Source of the DNA: an uncultured Gemmatimonadaceae bacterium | GTDB taxonomy: Bacteria; Gemmatimonadota; Gemmatimonadetes; Gemmatimonadales; Gemmatimonadaceae | Direction: 5' to 3' | DNA length: 64,000 nt | NCBI GenBank assembly: GCA_963716745.1 | Contig: OY970320.1 | Span: 2,208,001 to 2,272,000, forward strand | Part shown: positions 34,469 through 43,883 of the stretch, piece by piece | Position numbering within the stretch: the stretch's first letter is position 1 | Layout: each line of letters starts with the position of its first letter | Notes under the pieces: model-generated | Seen by the model: the letters and a program-made list of their open reading frames with translations, nothing else | The model's database searches: none | Told to the model about the DNA's origin: nothing | Program-made: the position numbers and the translations under genes

Positions 34469-34493
34469 TGTCGGTTCCTCGAGAGAAGCCTGC

Positions 34494-35180
34494 TCAGGGT
34501 GAGCTGGACGCGGGGGGGAGAGCGGCGAGCATCTTGTTCATGCGCGCGATCTCCGTGGTCTGATCGACCTGCACATCGTTCGCGAACTTGAACACCAGCT
34601 CGTCTTCGCCGGCGCCGGTGGTGCCGAAGAGCTGGTTGACCATCTGCACGGCGCCGGTGTGGTGCTGGATCATGAAGGTCAGGAAGAGACGGTCGAACTC
34701 GGTGCCGCGCGCGGCGTCGAGCGCCTTCATTTGCTCGGGGGTGAGCATGCCGGGCATGAGCATCATCTGCTCCTTGCCGCCCATCTCCATCTTCATGCCG
34801 TTCGCGTCGGCGGCCGGCACGGGGAGCTGGCGGTCCACCAGCCACTGCTGCATGGTGACGATCTCATCGTTCTGCGCATTGATGATGCGCGCCGCGAGCG
34901 TCTGGATCGACGAACTGGCGCCGTGCGTCGGCGCCCACTTGGCCATGACGATGGCCTGCGCGTGATGGCCGATCATCCCCTGCATGAAATAGACATCGGC
35001 CTCGACATACGGATGCCGCACACTGTCGGCCTTGGCCTTCGCGATGTGGGCCGCGTCGGGCGTCACGACGCCAGGCTGCGTGTTGCCGGGCGCGACACCC
35101 TGCGCCGCCACCTCCATGGAACAGACCGCGAGCGCCGCGAGCGCGGCGCGAATGGTGACCGAATTGAAGCTTCGCATCAT
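34494..35180 (-). CDS. DUF305 domain (ferritin-like) secreted protein
   Basis: FMQGMIGHHAQA..M and FL..MIQHH.GA..M, Q..EI motifs. Confidence 0.88.
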   Translation of the reverse strand: MMRSFNSVTIRAALAALAVCSMEVAAQGVAPGNTQPGVVTPDAAHIAKAKADSVRHPYVEADVYFMQGMIGHHAQAIVMAKWAPTHGASSSIQTLAARIINAQNDEIVTMQQWLVDRQLPVPAADANGMKMEMGGKEQMMLMPGMLTPEQMKALDAARGTEFDRLFLTFMIQHHTGAVQMVNQLFGTTGAGEDELVFKFANDVQVDQTTEIARMNKMLAALPPASSSP

Positions 35181-35370
35181 CGGGATTCTCCGGCTGGGGC
35201 GCGGGAAGCGCGCCCCCCACTATTAAGACAACCCTTCGAGCCTTAGAGATTGCCACACCGTTCCCGCCCACGCAACCCGCATGGGCGCGACGGGATGAAT
35301 ACGCTCGGCGGGGCTGGTTCGTTGGGGGCGGCGGCCTGGGCGCCCGTCAGGCTCCGCGCCCCAGGCTGAT

Positions 35371-35574
35371 ATCACGGTTCATGTTCAAGGGGATGCGGCG
35401 GAAAGAAGCACGGATCGACTCCATGAGGCGGAATGGATCGGTTCTCTTCGTCGGCGCTGTGTTGTTGTTGTTAACAACAACAACCGAAACCTGACACAGC
35501 GCGGCGACCTTTCATCATGCACGGAGTCGATCCGTGCTGTCTTCCGCCGCATCCCCTTAAACATGAACCGTGAT
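35371..35574. repeat. Palindromic element family A, copy 3
   Basis: Same arms; 24-bp central palindrome GTTGTTGTTGTTAACAACAACAAC (35461-35484). Confidence 0.9.
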
Positions 35575-35698
35575 CTCAGCCTTGTCGCGCGGAGGCCGGC
35601 GGGCGCTCGGAGCTCAGAGAATCATCGTCGCCACGATCTGAGTGGCGGACCGGGCACATTATCCGTATCCATTCAGCGGCACTCCACGGAGGCACGAC

Positions 35699-36148
35699 AT
35701 GCGGGCGTACATCATGGCGGTGGCGGCACTCGGCATCGCGTCGCTCAATCCGCAGAAGGATCCGCCGATCTCTCTGCATCAGGATGTGCAGTTCACGGTG
35801 GGCACGAAGCAGGTGTACGACGTGCTCCTCAGCAGCAAGGATTTCGCCGCCTTCTCAGGCCGCAATGCGACGATCGATCCGCACGTCGGCGGCGCGTTCC
35901 TGTTGTTCGACGGGCACATCTCGGGCGTCAACGTCGAACTCGTGCCCAACGAGCGGATCGTCCAGGCGTGGCGCTCGGCCGATTGGCCGGCCGGCGTCTA
36001 CTCGATCGCGCGCTTCCAGTTGAACGCGCAGGGCGCTGGCACACAGCTCGTGTTCGACCACATCGGGTTCCCGGCGGGACAGAAGGACCACCTCGCCGCC
36101 GGCTGGGAAGCGAATTATTGGTCGCTCATGAAGAAGTACCTCAAATAG
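35699..36148 (+). CDS. SRPBCC/AHSA1 domain protein
   Basis: GGAF.LFDG.I.G..VELVPNERIVQAWR...W, GW...YW; GGAGG RBS. Confidence 0.85.
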   Translation: MRAYIMAVAALGIASLNPQKDPPISLHQDVQFTVGTKQVYDVLLSSKDFAAFSGRNATIDPHVGGAFLLFDGHISGVNVELVPNERIVQAWRSADWPAGVYSIARFQLNAQGAGTQLVFDHIGFPAGQKDHLAAGWEANYWSLMKKYLK

Positions 36149-36161
36149 GAGACTCGATCTC

Positions 36162-36959
36162 GTGATGCTTCGCATCCCCGTGCGAGTCGTGGCCACGTGC
36201 GCCGCGCTCGCGATCGCCGCTGCCGCGGCGCGCGCCCAGACCGCGCCGGCCTCCGGCCTCGCCCTCTTCGACCAGATGTACCAGGCCTATAAGGGGAAGT
36301 GGTACACGACACTCACCTTCGTGCAGAAGACCACGAACAAGCGCGCCGACGGCACCGACTCCGTCGCCACGTGGTACGAGAGCATTCGCTATTCGCAGCC
36401 GCGCGGCTCCCAGTTGCGCATCGACTTCGGATCGCCCACACTCGGCAACGGCGTGCTCTATACCGCCGATTCGCTCTGGGTGATGAAGGCTGGGCAGCTC
36501 TCGCTCACGCGCGGACACGGCAACGCCCTGCTGCCGCTCATCGATGGAGTGTATATGCAGCCCGCGTCGCGCACCGCCGCCGAGCTGGCGGGCACCGGCG
36601 TGGACCTGTCGCGCAAACCCGTGCTGGGCCGGTGGGACGGGAAGCCCACGTGGATCATCGGCGTCACCTCGCTCGCCGACACGACGTCGCCCAGCTTCTG
36701 GGTGGACTCCGCCACGCTGAACGTGGTGCGAGCGGTGTTCACGATCGCACCGGGCCGGATGATCGACGCGCGGTTCGAGAACCTGGTGCGCGTGGGCGGC
36801 GGCTGGCTCGCGGTGCGCTGCGAGTTCTTCGAGCACGGCTCGCTCGCCACCACCGAGGAATATTCCGACTGGAAGGGGAACGTGGACCTTCCAGCCTCGT
36901 TGTTCGATCTCGCGCAGTGGACAACCGGTCCGCACTGGGCGGCGGCGCGCGCACCCTGA
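36162..36959 (+). CDS. Conserved hypothetical secreted protein (possible LolA-like fold)
   Basis: Signal peptide; GKWY.TLTFVQKT, WYE, LRID, FW.D motifs. Confidence 0.7.
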   Translation: MMLRIPVRVVATCAALAIAAAAARAQTAPASGLALFDQMYQAYKGKWYTTLTFVQKTTNKRADGTDSVATWYESIRYSQPRGSQLRIDFGSPTLGNGVLYTADSLWVMKAGQLSLTRGHGNALLPLIDGVYMQPASRTAAELAGTGVDLSRKPVLGRWDGKPTWIIGVTSLADTTSPSFWVDSATLNVVRAVFTIAPGRMIDARFENLVRVGGGWLAVRCEFFEHGSLATTEEYSDWKGNVDLPASLFDLAQWTTGPHWAAARAP

Positions 36960-36993
36960 TCGGCCCAGCTATGTCCTGAACGAAGGCTCTTCC

Positions 36994-38275
36994 ATGCCAC
37001 ACCCATCGCTGAATCCGCCGGGCCTGAACGCGATCCACCGTGCCGCATGCGCGACCCTGCGCGTCGAGCTCGCGCATGTGTTGAAACAGATCCAACAGAC
37101 GACCGACGTGCGGACTCTGCAGAACCTTCTGAAGCAGGCCGCCGTGCTCGAGATCGCGATCCAGAATTGCCCCGAACCATCTCCTCCAAAGACGTCGCCT
37201 CCGGATCTCAGCGATTGGCTCGCCCACAATCCGAAGGTCACGGGCTCGATCCTCTGGCAGAAGCAGGCGGCGAGTCCCGGGAATGCCTACGTTCCGCCGG
37301 CGGCGGGCGATAAGGTCGCGTGGGTGGACTGGACTCCGACGCAGAAAGCGCAACTCGAAGCAGGTCTACCTCGACTGCTGCATCTGGCTGGACGCGGGGG
37401 CGCCCTCCGTTCTGCTCGATCCCGCCGGCTTGACCGATGCGCCTCAGAACGTGGATCCCGGGACCTCAAACGATCTTGGGAGCGTGATCGAGAAAGTGAG
37501 CGCGACGTATATGTGGGAGATCTATCTCGCGCACGTCGGCTTCGCGTTGGCGGCCGAGCTCACGAACCTCTTCCCGTGGAAGATCGCTGCGTACAACGCG
37601 CTCGAGTTGCGCTACGTGTTCGACAGTACGACAATGGCGTGGCTCATGCCCTCCGGCGAATTCTGGATGGGCACATACGACGTGTATGTTCCGGCACTCC
37701 GGGCCGACAATCGTCCGCAAACGGCCTTCGCGCCCCCCGAATGGAGTTATCGCTTTCTCAAGCAGAACAACCTCATCGGGGCATCGAAGATCGAGACGAT
37801 CGGCCTCGTGTTGGAATGGGCGCGCCAGCATTTGGTCCATTTCTACGGGGCTGAGAATTTCGGAACGTGCGACAATGTGTGGCACTATCGCGGCTTCCCT
37901 CCCATCTCGCGCGTGACCGGTGGCACGATCGACTCCGCGAATCCTGGCCTGGGGCCGGCATGCTACACGATGGGATGCCACGGCACGGTCGGATTCCTGA
38001 ACGCGATCCTTCGGGCGGTGAACATCCCGGTGCAGCCGATCTGGGTCGCCGGCCACGAGCTGGCGTGCTTTCTCACTGAAGGGAAGTATCTCGATCATGG
38101 GGACGATCCGTACAACAGCATCGTGAGAGCGTCCTCGCAGCCGATCCTGCAAGTACTCATCGATGAAGCCACTTACCAGGCGCGATTCACGACCGACCTG
38201 ACGGCGAACATCGTTGACCTGAACAGCCCGGCGCTCGCGTATGTGGGTTACAGCGCCGTCAATTTTCCGCCGTGA
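36994..38275 (+). CDS. Hypothetical protein with transglutaminase-like Cys-His-Asp region (frameshift near 37360)
   Basis: GCHGT..FL..ILRAVNIP...AGHE...YLDHGDD; N- and C-terminal parts lie in different frames. Confidence 0.6.
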
Positions 38276-38296
38276 ACGCGACCCAGAGCGTGTGAC

Positions 38297-38731
38297 ATGA
38301 TCATCACCTTTCACGGCGCCGTGCCGATCCTTCGCGTCCGCGATCTCGCCGCGAGTGTCGATCACTACGCCAAAGTGCTCGGCTTCTCCGTGGACTGGCA
38401 CGACCGCGGGATCATGGCCGGCGTGAGCCGCGGGAAATGCCACATCATGATCTGCGAGGGCGACCAGGGACACGCCGGCGGATGGGTGTGGATCGGCGTG
38501 AGCGACGCCAGCGCGCTCGAGAACGAGTTGCTGGCGCGCGGCGCGAAGATCCGGCACCCCGCCACGAACTATCCGTGGGCCTTCGAGATGCAGGTGGAGG
38601 ATATCGACGGCAACGTGCTGCGCTTCGGCTCCGACGAGAAGCCCGACGAACCCGCCGGCGAGTGGCTCGATGCGACCGGAGCGCGCTGGGAGATGAGGCC
38701 CGACGGAGGATGGAAGCGCGTGGAGGGCTGA
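38297..38731 (+). CDS. VOC / glyoxalase-bleomycin resistance family protein
   Basis: PILRVRDL..S..HY..VLGF, PW..EM.V.D.DGNVLRF. Confidence 0.88.
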   Translation: MIITFHGAVPILRVRDLAASVDHYAKVLGFSVDWHDRGIMAGVSRGKCHIMICEGDQGHAGGWVWIGVSDASALENELLARGAKIRHPATNYPWAFEMQVEDIDGNVLRFGSDEKPDEPAGEWLDATGARWEMRPDGGWKRVEG

Positions 38732-38732
38732 C

Positions 38733-39629
38733 GTGATCGCCGTCCTCTCCGAATCGGATGTCCGCGCCGCGCTTCGCTGGGACGAACTCATTCCCGCGAT
38801 GCGGCGCGCCCTCGCCGATTTCTCCGCCGGAAGAGTCGTGCAGCCCACGCGCAGCTGGCTCACGCTCGAGGCCGGCCAGCGCCACCTCGGCGCGATGCCC
38901 GCCGCCTCCGAGCGCGCCGCGGGCGTCAAACTCGTGAGTCTCTACGCCAAGAACGCCGGCACCGCGATCCCTACGGTGATGGCCACGGTGCTGCTCGTGG
39001 ATCCGCAGACCGGCGCGCCGCTCGCAGTGGTAGATGGCACCTTCCTCACCGCGATGCGCACGGCCGCCGTGTCGGCCGCGGTGGCCGACGCGATCGCGCC
39101 GCGCGACGCAGCGATCCTCGCGATGCTCGGCAGCGGGGTAGAAGCGGGTACGCACTTCGAAGCGATGTCGAGCATCCGGAAGTTCCGCGAGGTGCGCGTA
39201 TGGAGCCGCACGCCCGGGCACGCCGCGCGATTCGCGGCGCGCTACGGTGCGACAGCGCTGAGCGCCGAACAGGCCGTACGCGGCGCAGACATCATCGTGT
39301 GCGCGACTGCCACACGCACGGCCATACTCGAGGGCGCGTGGCTCAAGCCCGGCGCGTTCGTCGCGTCGATCGGGGCACCAATGCCCGAATGGCGCGAAGT
39401 GGACGACGACGCGATGTCCAACGTGATCGTGGTCGATTCACGCGAAGCGTCGCTCGCCGAAGCCGGCGACATCATCCAGACGCGCGCGCCGATCCACGCC
39501 GAGGTAGGCGAGATCTTCGAGGGCACCGCCACGATCCCGCCGGGCGCCATCGTGATCTTCAAGTCCAACGGGCTGGCCGTCGAAGATGTTATCGCGGCAC
39601 AGATGGTGGTTGACCGAACAGCGCGCTAG
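38733..39629 (+). CDS. Ornithine cyclodeaminase / mu-crystallin family protein
   Basis: GVKLV, LTAMRTAAVS, GSG.EA, ADII.CAT, FKSNGLAVED. Confidence 0.9.
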   Translation: MIAVLSESDVRAALRWDELIPAMRRALADFSAGRVVQPTRSWLTLEAGQRHLGAMPAASERAAGVKLVSLYAKNAGTAIPTVMATVLLVDPQTGAPLAVVDGTFLTAMRTAAVSAAVADAIAPRDAAILAMLGSGVEAGTHFEAMSSIRKFREVRVWSRTPGHAARFAARYGATALSAEQAVRGADIIVCATATRTAILEGAWLKPGAFVASIGAPMPEWREVDDDAMSNVIVVDSREASLAEAGDIIQTRAPIHAEVGEIFEGTATIPPGAIVIFKSNGLAVEDVIAAQMVVDRTAR

Positions 39630-40234
39630 GTCCCAGTCGACATTGCCGACGAGTACCCCGCCAGTCTCGACACGATGACGCCGACCACCACGAAGAGAAC
39701 GACCGCGGCAATGATGACGGTGATCGTGTAGCCCATCGCCTTGTCTTCCGGCACCTTCATCAGGACCGGCAGCCCGAGATAGATGAGGTACAGACTGTAG
39801 AGTCCGAGCAGCGCGAGGATCCCGAGCGCGGGAATGATGCCGAAGATCCCCGCGAGCCAGCCAGCGGTGCTCGCGTACGCGCACACCTTGAGCGCCTGCA
39901 CCATGTTCTTCGTGCCGCCGAACGTCGGCGCGAGCGCGTCCACGATCATCGCGAGCACGTACACGGTGCAGAGGCCGAGCACGTAGCGGATGACGGCGCC
40001 GGTGAGCGCCGTCATGAAGGGAATGTGGATCGTGCCGACGAACGGCATGGGGACACCGAAGAGCGACATCCCGATCAGCCCGGCGATCGGCCCGATCGCC
40101 GAGAGCGGGACGATGTAGCCCATGTAGAGCGACTGGACCGTGGCGCTCTCGCCGTCGATCACCGGCCATTCGGAGCGCGGCTGGAGGATGATGTTCTTCG
40201 CGCGCGCCATCAGCGCTCCCTGGGCTGCGTTCAT
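39626..40234 (-). CDS. Yip1-family membrane protein
   Basis: RAKNIIL.P..EW, LAPTFGG, YSLYL.YLGLP.LMK.P.DKA. Confidence 0.85.
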   Translation of the reverse strand: MNAAQGALMARAKNIILQPRSEWPVIDGESATVQSLYMGYIVPLSAIGPIAGLIGMSLFGVPMPFVGTIHIPFMTALTGAVIRYVLGLCTVYVLAMIVDALAPTFGGTKNMVQALKVCAYASTAGWLAGIFGIIPALGILALLGLYSLYLIYLGLPVLMKVPEDKAMGYTITVIIAAVVLFVVVGVIVSRLAGYSSAMSTGT

Positions 40235-40256
40235 CGTGTGCTCCTGGGGTTGGAGG

Positions 40257-41117
40257 TCACTTCGGCGGCGGCGGCCGCGTGGGCGCGCCGCGATCCACCT
40301 TGGTATAACCGGCCGGCACTTCGAACACGCTGGCGGGGATCGGCCCCTTCTTCACGTTCGAGATGAGCGTCGTCGTGGTGCTCGTGTGTGTCTTGCCACT
40401 CTGCGTGCTCACCGAAGTACTGACGCGTTTCATCATCACGCCGGGCTTCACGTTCGCATACGCCTTGATGATCGCGCTCGTGAGCGGCGCCATCGGGCCG
40501 GTCGCTTCCGCGATCTTTCCCACATCGGGCCGCGCCGACGGATTCATCAGTGCGTTCAGCGCGGGCGCGATCCAGATGTCGGAGGTGGTGTGCGTGGGCG
40601 TCTTCGTCTCATTGCCCATCATCGTGAGGTCCATGGTGTAGCTCTCGGTGAGGCGATACTTGAGGGTCGAGTAGCCCTCGATCTTCTCGCCGGCGCCGAG
40701 CGGCTCCATGCTCACATGCACGTCGGTGACTTTCATCGACACCATGCTCGGCGCGGCCTTCATCGCATTGCTCGCGTCCCGGGAGAGTTCAGCGAGGTCG
40801 AGCTGCATGTACTGTCGCTTCGAGGGGTCCACGAAAGTCACCGTGCGAGCGGCGCTATTCGAGATCATGAAGTTGCCGGCGCCCATCATGCTGGCCCGGT
40901 TCATCGATTCGGAGAAGTCGAGGCGCGACACGCCGCTGGCGAATTGCCCGTGCGCCCGCAGGAAGGTGACCGTGGTGTCCTTGCCGGTCGCGCGATCCGC
41001 GCGCGTGACGGTCGTGGTGAGGTCGTAGCTATAGCCCTGCGCCGCGAGCGGTAAGGCGAGCACGATCGCGAGCGCGATCGCGGCGCGGCGAGCGGGCGCG
41101 GAGCGTGAATTTCGCAT
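40257..41117 (-). CDS. DUF4412-like secreted protein
   Basis: Signal peptide; E.I.GY.T.KY, IWIAP, FEVPAGY. Confidence 0.7.
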   Translation of the reverse strand: MRNSRSAPARRAAIALAIVLALPLAAQGYSYDLTTTVTRADRATGKDTTVTFLRAHGQFASGVSRLDFSESMNRASMMGAGNFMISNSAARTVTFVDPSKRQYMQLDLAELSRDASNAMKAAPSMVSMKVTDVHVSMEPLGAGEKIEGYSTLKYRLTESYTMDLTMMGNETKTPTHTTSDIWIAPALNALMNPSARPDVGKIAEATGPMAPLTSAIIKAYANVKPGVMMKRVSTSVSTQSGKTHTSTTTTLISNVKKGPIPASVFEVPAGYTKVDRGAPTRPPPPK

Positions 41118-41161
41118 CGAGGTAACGTAGCGCCGGTCGCCGGCGGCCGCCATCTTACAGC

Positions 41162-41698
41162 ATGCGAGTCCAGGACCTGCTGCTCGAAGCGCTGCATGCG
41201 AAGCGCGAGAACCGGCTGGAGGACGCTCGCCGTGACCTGCGCGACGCCGCGGCGCAGCTGCGCGAGAAGAACGTGCCGAGCGAATTGGCCGACGTCCTGC
41301 GCGACCTCGGCGAATTGGAACGCCGCCTGCGGAACGCCGACGCGGCACGCGGGCACTATGAGGAGGCGGTCGCGATCCTGAGCGGCGTGGACGATCCGTT
41401 GCGGCTCGCGCACACCATGCGGCATCTGGGCGACGTGCACTACGAGGCGGAACGCACCACCGCCGCCGAACTGGCGTATCGCGAGTCTATCGTGCTGTAC
41501 CGGAACGCGGGCCGCACCAAGCCGCTCGATCTGGCGAACGCAATCCGGAGCATGGCGGTGTTGAAGAGCGACTTCGGGCCGGCCGAGGAAGCGCGCGCGC
41601 TGTGGCAGGAGGCGCTGGAACTGTACGCCGACGCCAACGTGCAACCTGGAGTGGCGGAGTGTACGGCGAGGCTTAAGGTGCTGAGTCTGCGGACCTAG
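41162..41698 (+). CDS. Tetratricopeptide repeat protein
   Basis: LA..L..LG......A...Y..A..I helical repeats. Confidence 0.85.
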   Translation: MRVQDLLLEALHAKRENRLEDARRDLRDAAAQLREKNVPSELADVLRDLGELERRLRNADAARGHYEEAVAILSGVDDPLRLAHTMRHLGDVHYEAERTTAAELAYRESIVLYRNAGRTKPLDLANAIRSMAVLKSDFGPAEEARALWQEALELYADANVQPGVAECTARLKVLSLRT

Positions 41699-42136
41699 GG
41701 CAGCGCCATCGACGCCTGTCCGAACACGTAGCTCCATCCGTTCGGAGTGCGAACGTACACATCGCTGAACCAGAGTTTCTTGTCGAACGCATTGCCTCCT
41801 GTAGTGCCTTTCTCCCAGAGCAGCGCGGTGACCACCGCGGTGTTCCCCCAGACGCGCACCTTCTGCAGCGTGTCCTCCTGATGCTCGTAGATCGTGCTCT
41901 TCTGGCGCGCGGCCTCGAGCAGCTCGGCACGTGTGAACACCGCGCCGCGCCCGGTGACGAGGATGAAATCATCGGCGAGGATCGCGGCCATGCCATCGGC
42001 GTCATTGGCCTTCACCGCGGCCTGGTACTTGGTGTCGAGCGACGGCGACCGTGGCGGCATCATCGGGCGCCGGCGGCGTTGCGCGGGTTAGGATGAGCAG
42101 ACCGAGTGCCAGTGGAAGGGTGAACAGGGGACGCAT
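41695..42136 (-). CDS. NTF2-like (DUF4440) secreted protein (frameshift near 42042)
   Basis: Signal peptide MRPLFTLPLALG in one frame; LD..YQ.AV..ND...ILADDF...GNTAVVT...FSDVYVR in another. Confidence 0.78.
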
Positions 42137-42213
42137 GCGACGCTCCATGGGAGTGGTCTGACCCAATCGTGCCGCCGCAAGGGTTGAGGTGTCAACCCGC
42201 GCGCCGCACCACG

Positions 42214-42242
42214 TTGACGGGCTGTCCCGGCGCATCTATGTT
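42214..42242 (+). promoter_or_regulatory. Putative sigma-70 promoter of the four-gene secreted operon
   Basis: TTGACG-N17-TATGTT, about 30 bp upstream of the ATG at 42272; GGAGG RBS at 42261. Confidence 0.55.
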
Positions 42243-42271
42243 CGCCGAGTCGGGAACTATGGAGGGTCGCG

Positions 42272-42940
42272 ATGCGATTCCATGGAGTAGCCGGCGTTGT
42301 TTTATTGGTGGCCGTGAATTCTCCGGCGGTTGTGGCACAAGCGAGCCCCAAGAACGGTGCGACGAGCGCGTCTCTCACGTTCGACGCCGTGCTCGCGAGC
42401 CCGGCGCGCGCGGCGCGGAATGCGTTCAAGGCCGGCGGCGTGGAGTGGTCGTGCACCACGACACACTGCACGGGGAAGGGTCCGGCCAACGATCCGAGCG
42501 GCACGTGCAAGGCGCTCGTCGGTATCGTGGGTCCGCTCTCGAGCTGCGGCGCGAAGATCCCGCAATCAATGGCGATGAGTTCGGTTGCCACGACGGTCCA
42601 GAAGCCCGCGGGCATGACGCCGAGCGTCACGCCGCAGCACGCCGTTCCGGCGGCGGTCGCCGCTGGCGCTCCGCCGGTGAAGACCGGCATCACACCGCCG
42701 GCAGCGCCCCCGCCGAAGAGCAGTGGCAGCACGCACCCGACGATCGCGATCACCACGCCGCAGTTCACCCTCACGGGCACCGGCGTCTACACGCCCGCGA
42801 CACACCCCGCGTTGGCGTGGACCGCGCCAATGATCACGCTCACGGGCACCGGTGCTCTCGATGCCTCGGCGACCCGCCCGCCCGCGAACATCGCGTTCAC
42901 GACTCAGCCGTTCACGATCACCGGCACCGGAAGCCCATAG
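42272..42940 (+). CDS. Secreted protein: Cys-rich N-terminal domain (CC_3452-like), P/A/T linker and 3 TTPxxTLTGTG repeats
   Basis: Signal peptide; GGVEWSC...HC...CKALVGIVGP; ITTPQFTLTGTG, WTAPMITLTGTG, FTTQPFTITGTG. Confidence 0.75.
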   Translation: MRFHGVAGVVLLVAVNSPAVVAQASPKNGATSASLTFDAVLASPARAARNAFKAGGVEWSCTTTHCTGKGPANDPSGTCKALVGIVGPLSSCGAKIPQSMAMSSVATTVQKPAGMTPSVTPQHAVPAAVAAGAPPVKTGITPPAAPPPKSSGSTHPTIAITTPQFTLTGTGVYTPATHPALAWTAPMITLTGTGALDASATRPPANIAFTTQPFTITGTGSP

Positions 42941-42969
42941 ATGAATCCCCGATCCTGGAGGGCTGTCCC

Positions 42970-43458
42970 ATGAGGATCCTCAGTGTTGCCGTGCTGCTCA
43001 CGGGTGCGACGATCGCCGCGTCTGCGCAAGCCGGCAGTTCGACTTCTGGACCGAGTGACTTCACGATCACGATTCCGCTCAAGGTGAAGGGGATCCCGTC
43101 GAACGTCACGCGGATGGGCATCAGCTGTTACGTGATGCCCGCCGACGTGAGTAACATGACGAACGAGATCGGCTACGGCGCCGCGACGGTGGTGGTGCAC
43201 CCGGCGACATCACCGCCTCCGGGCGGCTCGACCCAGGCGAGCGTCACGATCTCGTTCAACGCGCTGCCGGGAAAGGATCCGTCGCTCGCACGCTTCTACT
43301 CGTGCACAGCGCAATTCTCCGGGACCGAGCGCGGCGCGCCGGCGACCTATTTCGCGAACGGCGCAACAACACCGCCCGTGTTCCCGCTCTCGCCGGGCCA
43401 GCCGTTCTACCTTGGGAGCGCCACGTGGACGCCGATCCCCGGCACGAGTTCGCATTGA
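42970..43458 (+). CDS. Secreted two-Cys beta-rich protein (paralog of 43884-44282)
   Basis: GGAGG RBS; signal peptide; DFTITIP...CYV...EIGYG...A.FYSC. Confidence 0.75.
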   Translation: MRILSVAVLLTGATIAASAQAGSSTSGPSDFTITIPLKVKGIPSNVTRMGISCYVMPADVSNMTNEIGYGAATVVVHPATSPPPGGSTQASVTISFNALPGKDPSLARFYSCTAQFSGTERGAPATYFANGATTPPVFPLSPGQPFYLGSATWTPIPGTSSH

Positions 43459-43868
43459 TGAGGGCCTCCGCCGCGCTCGGCGCGCTCGCCCTCCTGATCG
43501 CGCCGCGTGCGCCCGCGCAGCAGCCGAAGGTCGCGGCGCCGATGAAACCCGCAGTCGCGTCGCCGGTGAAGACGATGGCGCCAGCGCCTACGACGATGAT
43601 GAAGGTGCCGGTCGCGCGCGTCATCACCACGCCGGCGATCACGTTCTTTGGCGCGGGGGCCGGCGGCCGGGCGATCACGACGCCGGCGATCACGTTCGCC
43701 GGGAATCCTTCCGGCGGAGTCGCGATAAACACGCCCGCGATCTCGTTCATCGGAGGCGTCGGGGGCAAAGGCATCATGACGCCCGCGATCACGTTCATCG
43801 GCGTACACACCGGCCCAACGACCATCACGACCGACCCGATCTCCTTCACCGGAAATCCTTCACACTAG
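43458..43868 (+). CDS. Secreted protein with five ITTPAITFxG repeats
   Basis: TGATG coupling to the upstream gene; signal peptide; repeats spaced 16-17 aa. Confidence 0.78.
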   Translation: MRASAALGALALLIAPRAPAQQPKVAAPMKPAVASPVKTMAPAPTTMMKVPVARVITTPAITFFGAGAGGRAITTPAITFAGNPSGGVAINTPAISFIGGVGGKGIMTPAITFIGVHTGPTTITTDPISFTGNPSH

Positions 43869-43883
43869 CGGCGGAACCCCACC

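Noticed and set aside
35461..35484. Central palindrome as a protelomerase or dif-type site
   Set aside because: Four dispersed copies and no resolvase gene; it does not match the dif consensus
42181..42198. GGGTTGA-GGTG-TCAACCC dyad as an operator or terminator
   Set aside because: Short single instance with no U-tract; it could be an operator near the promoter but cannot be supported
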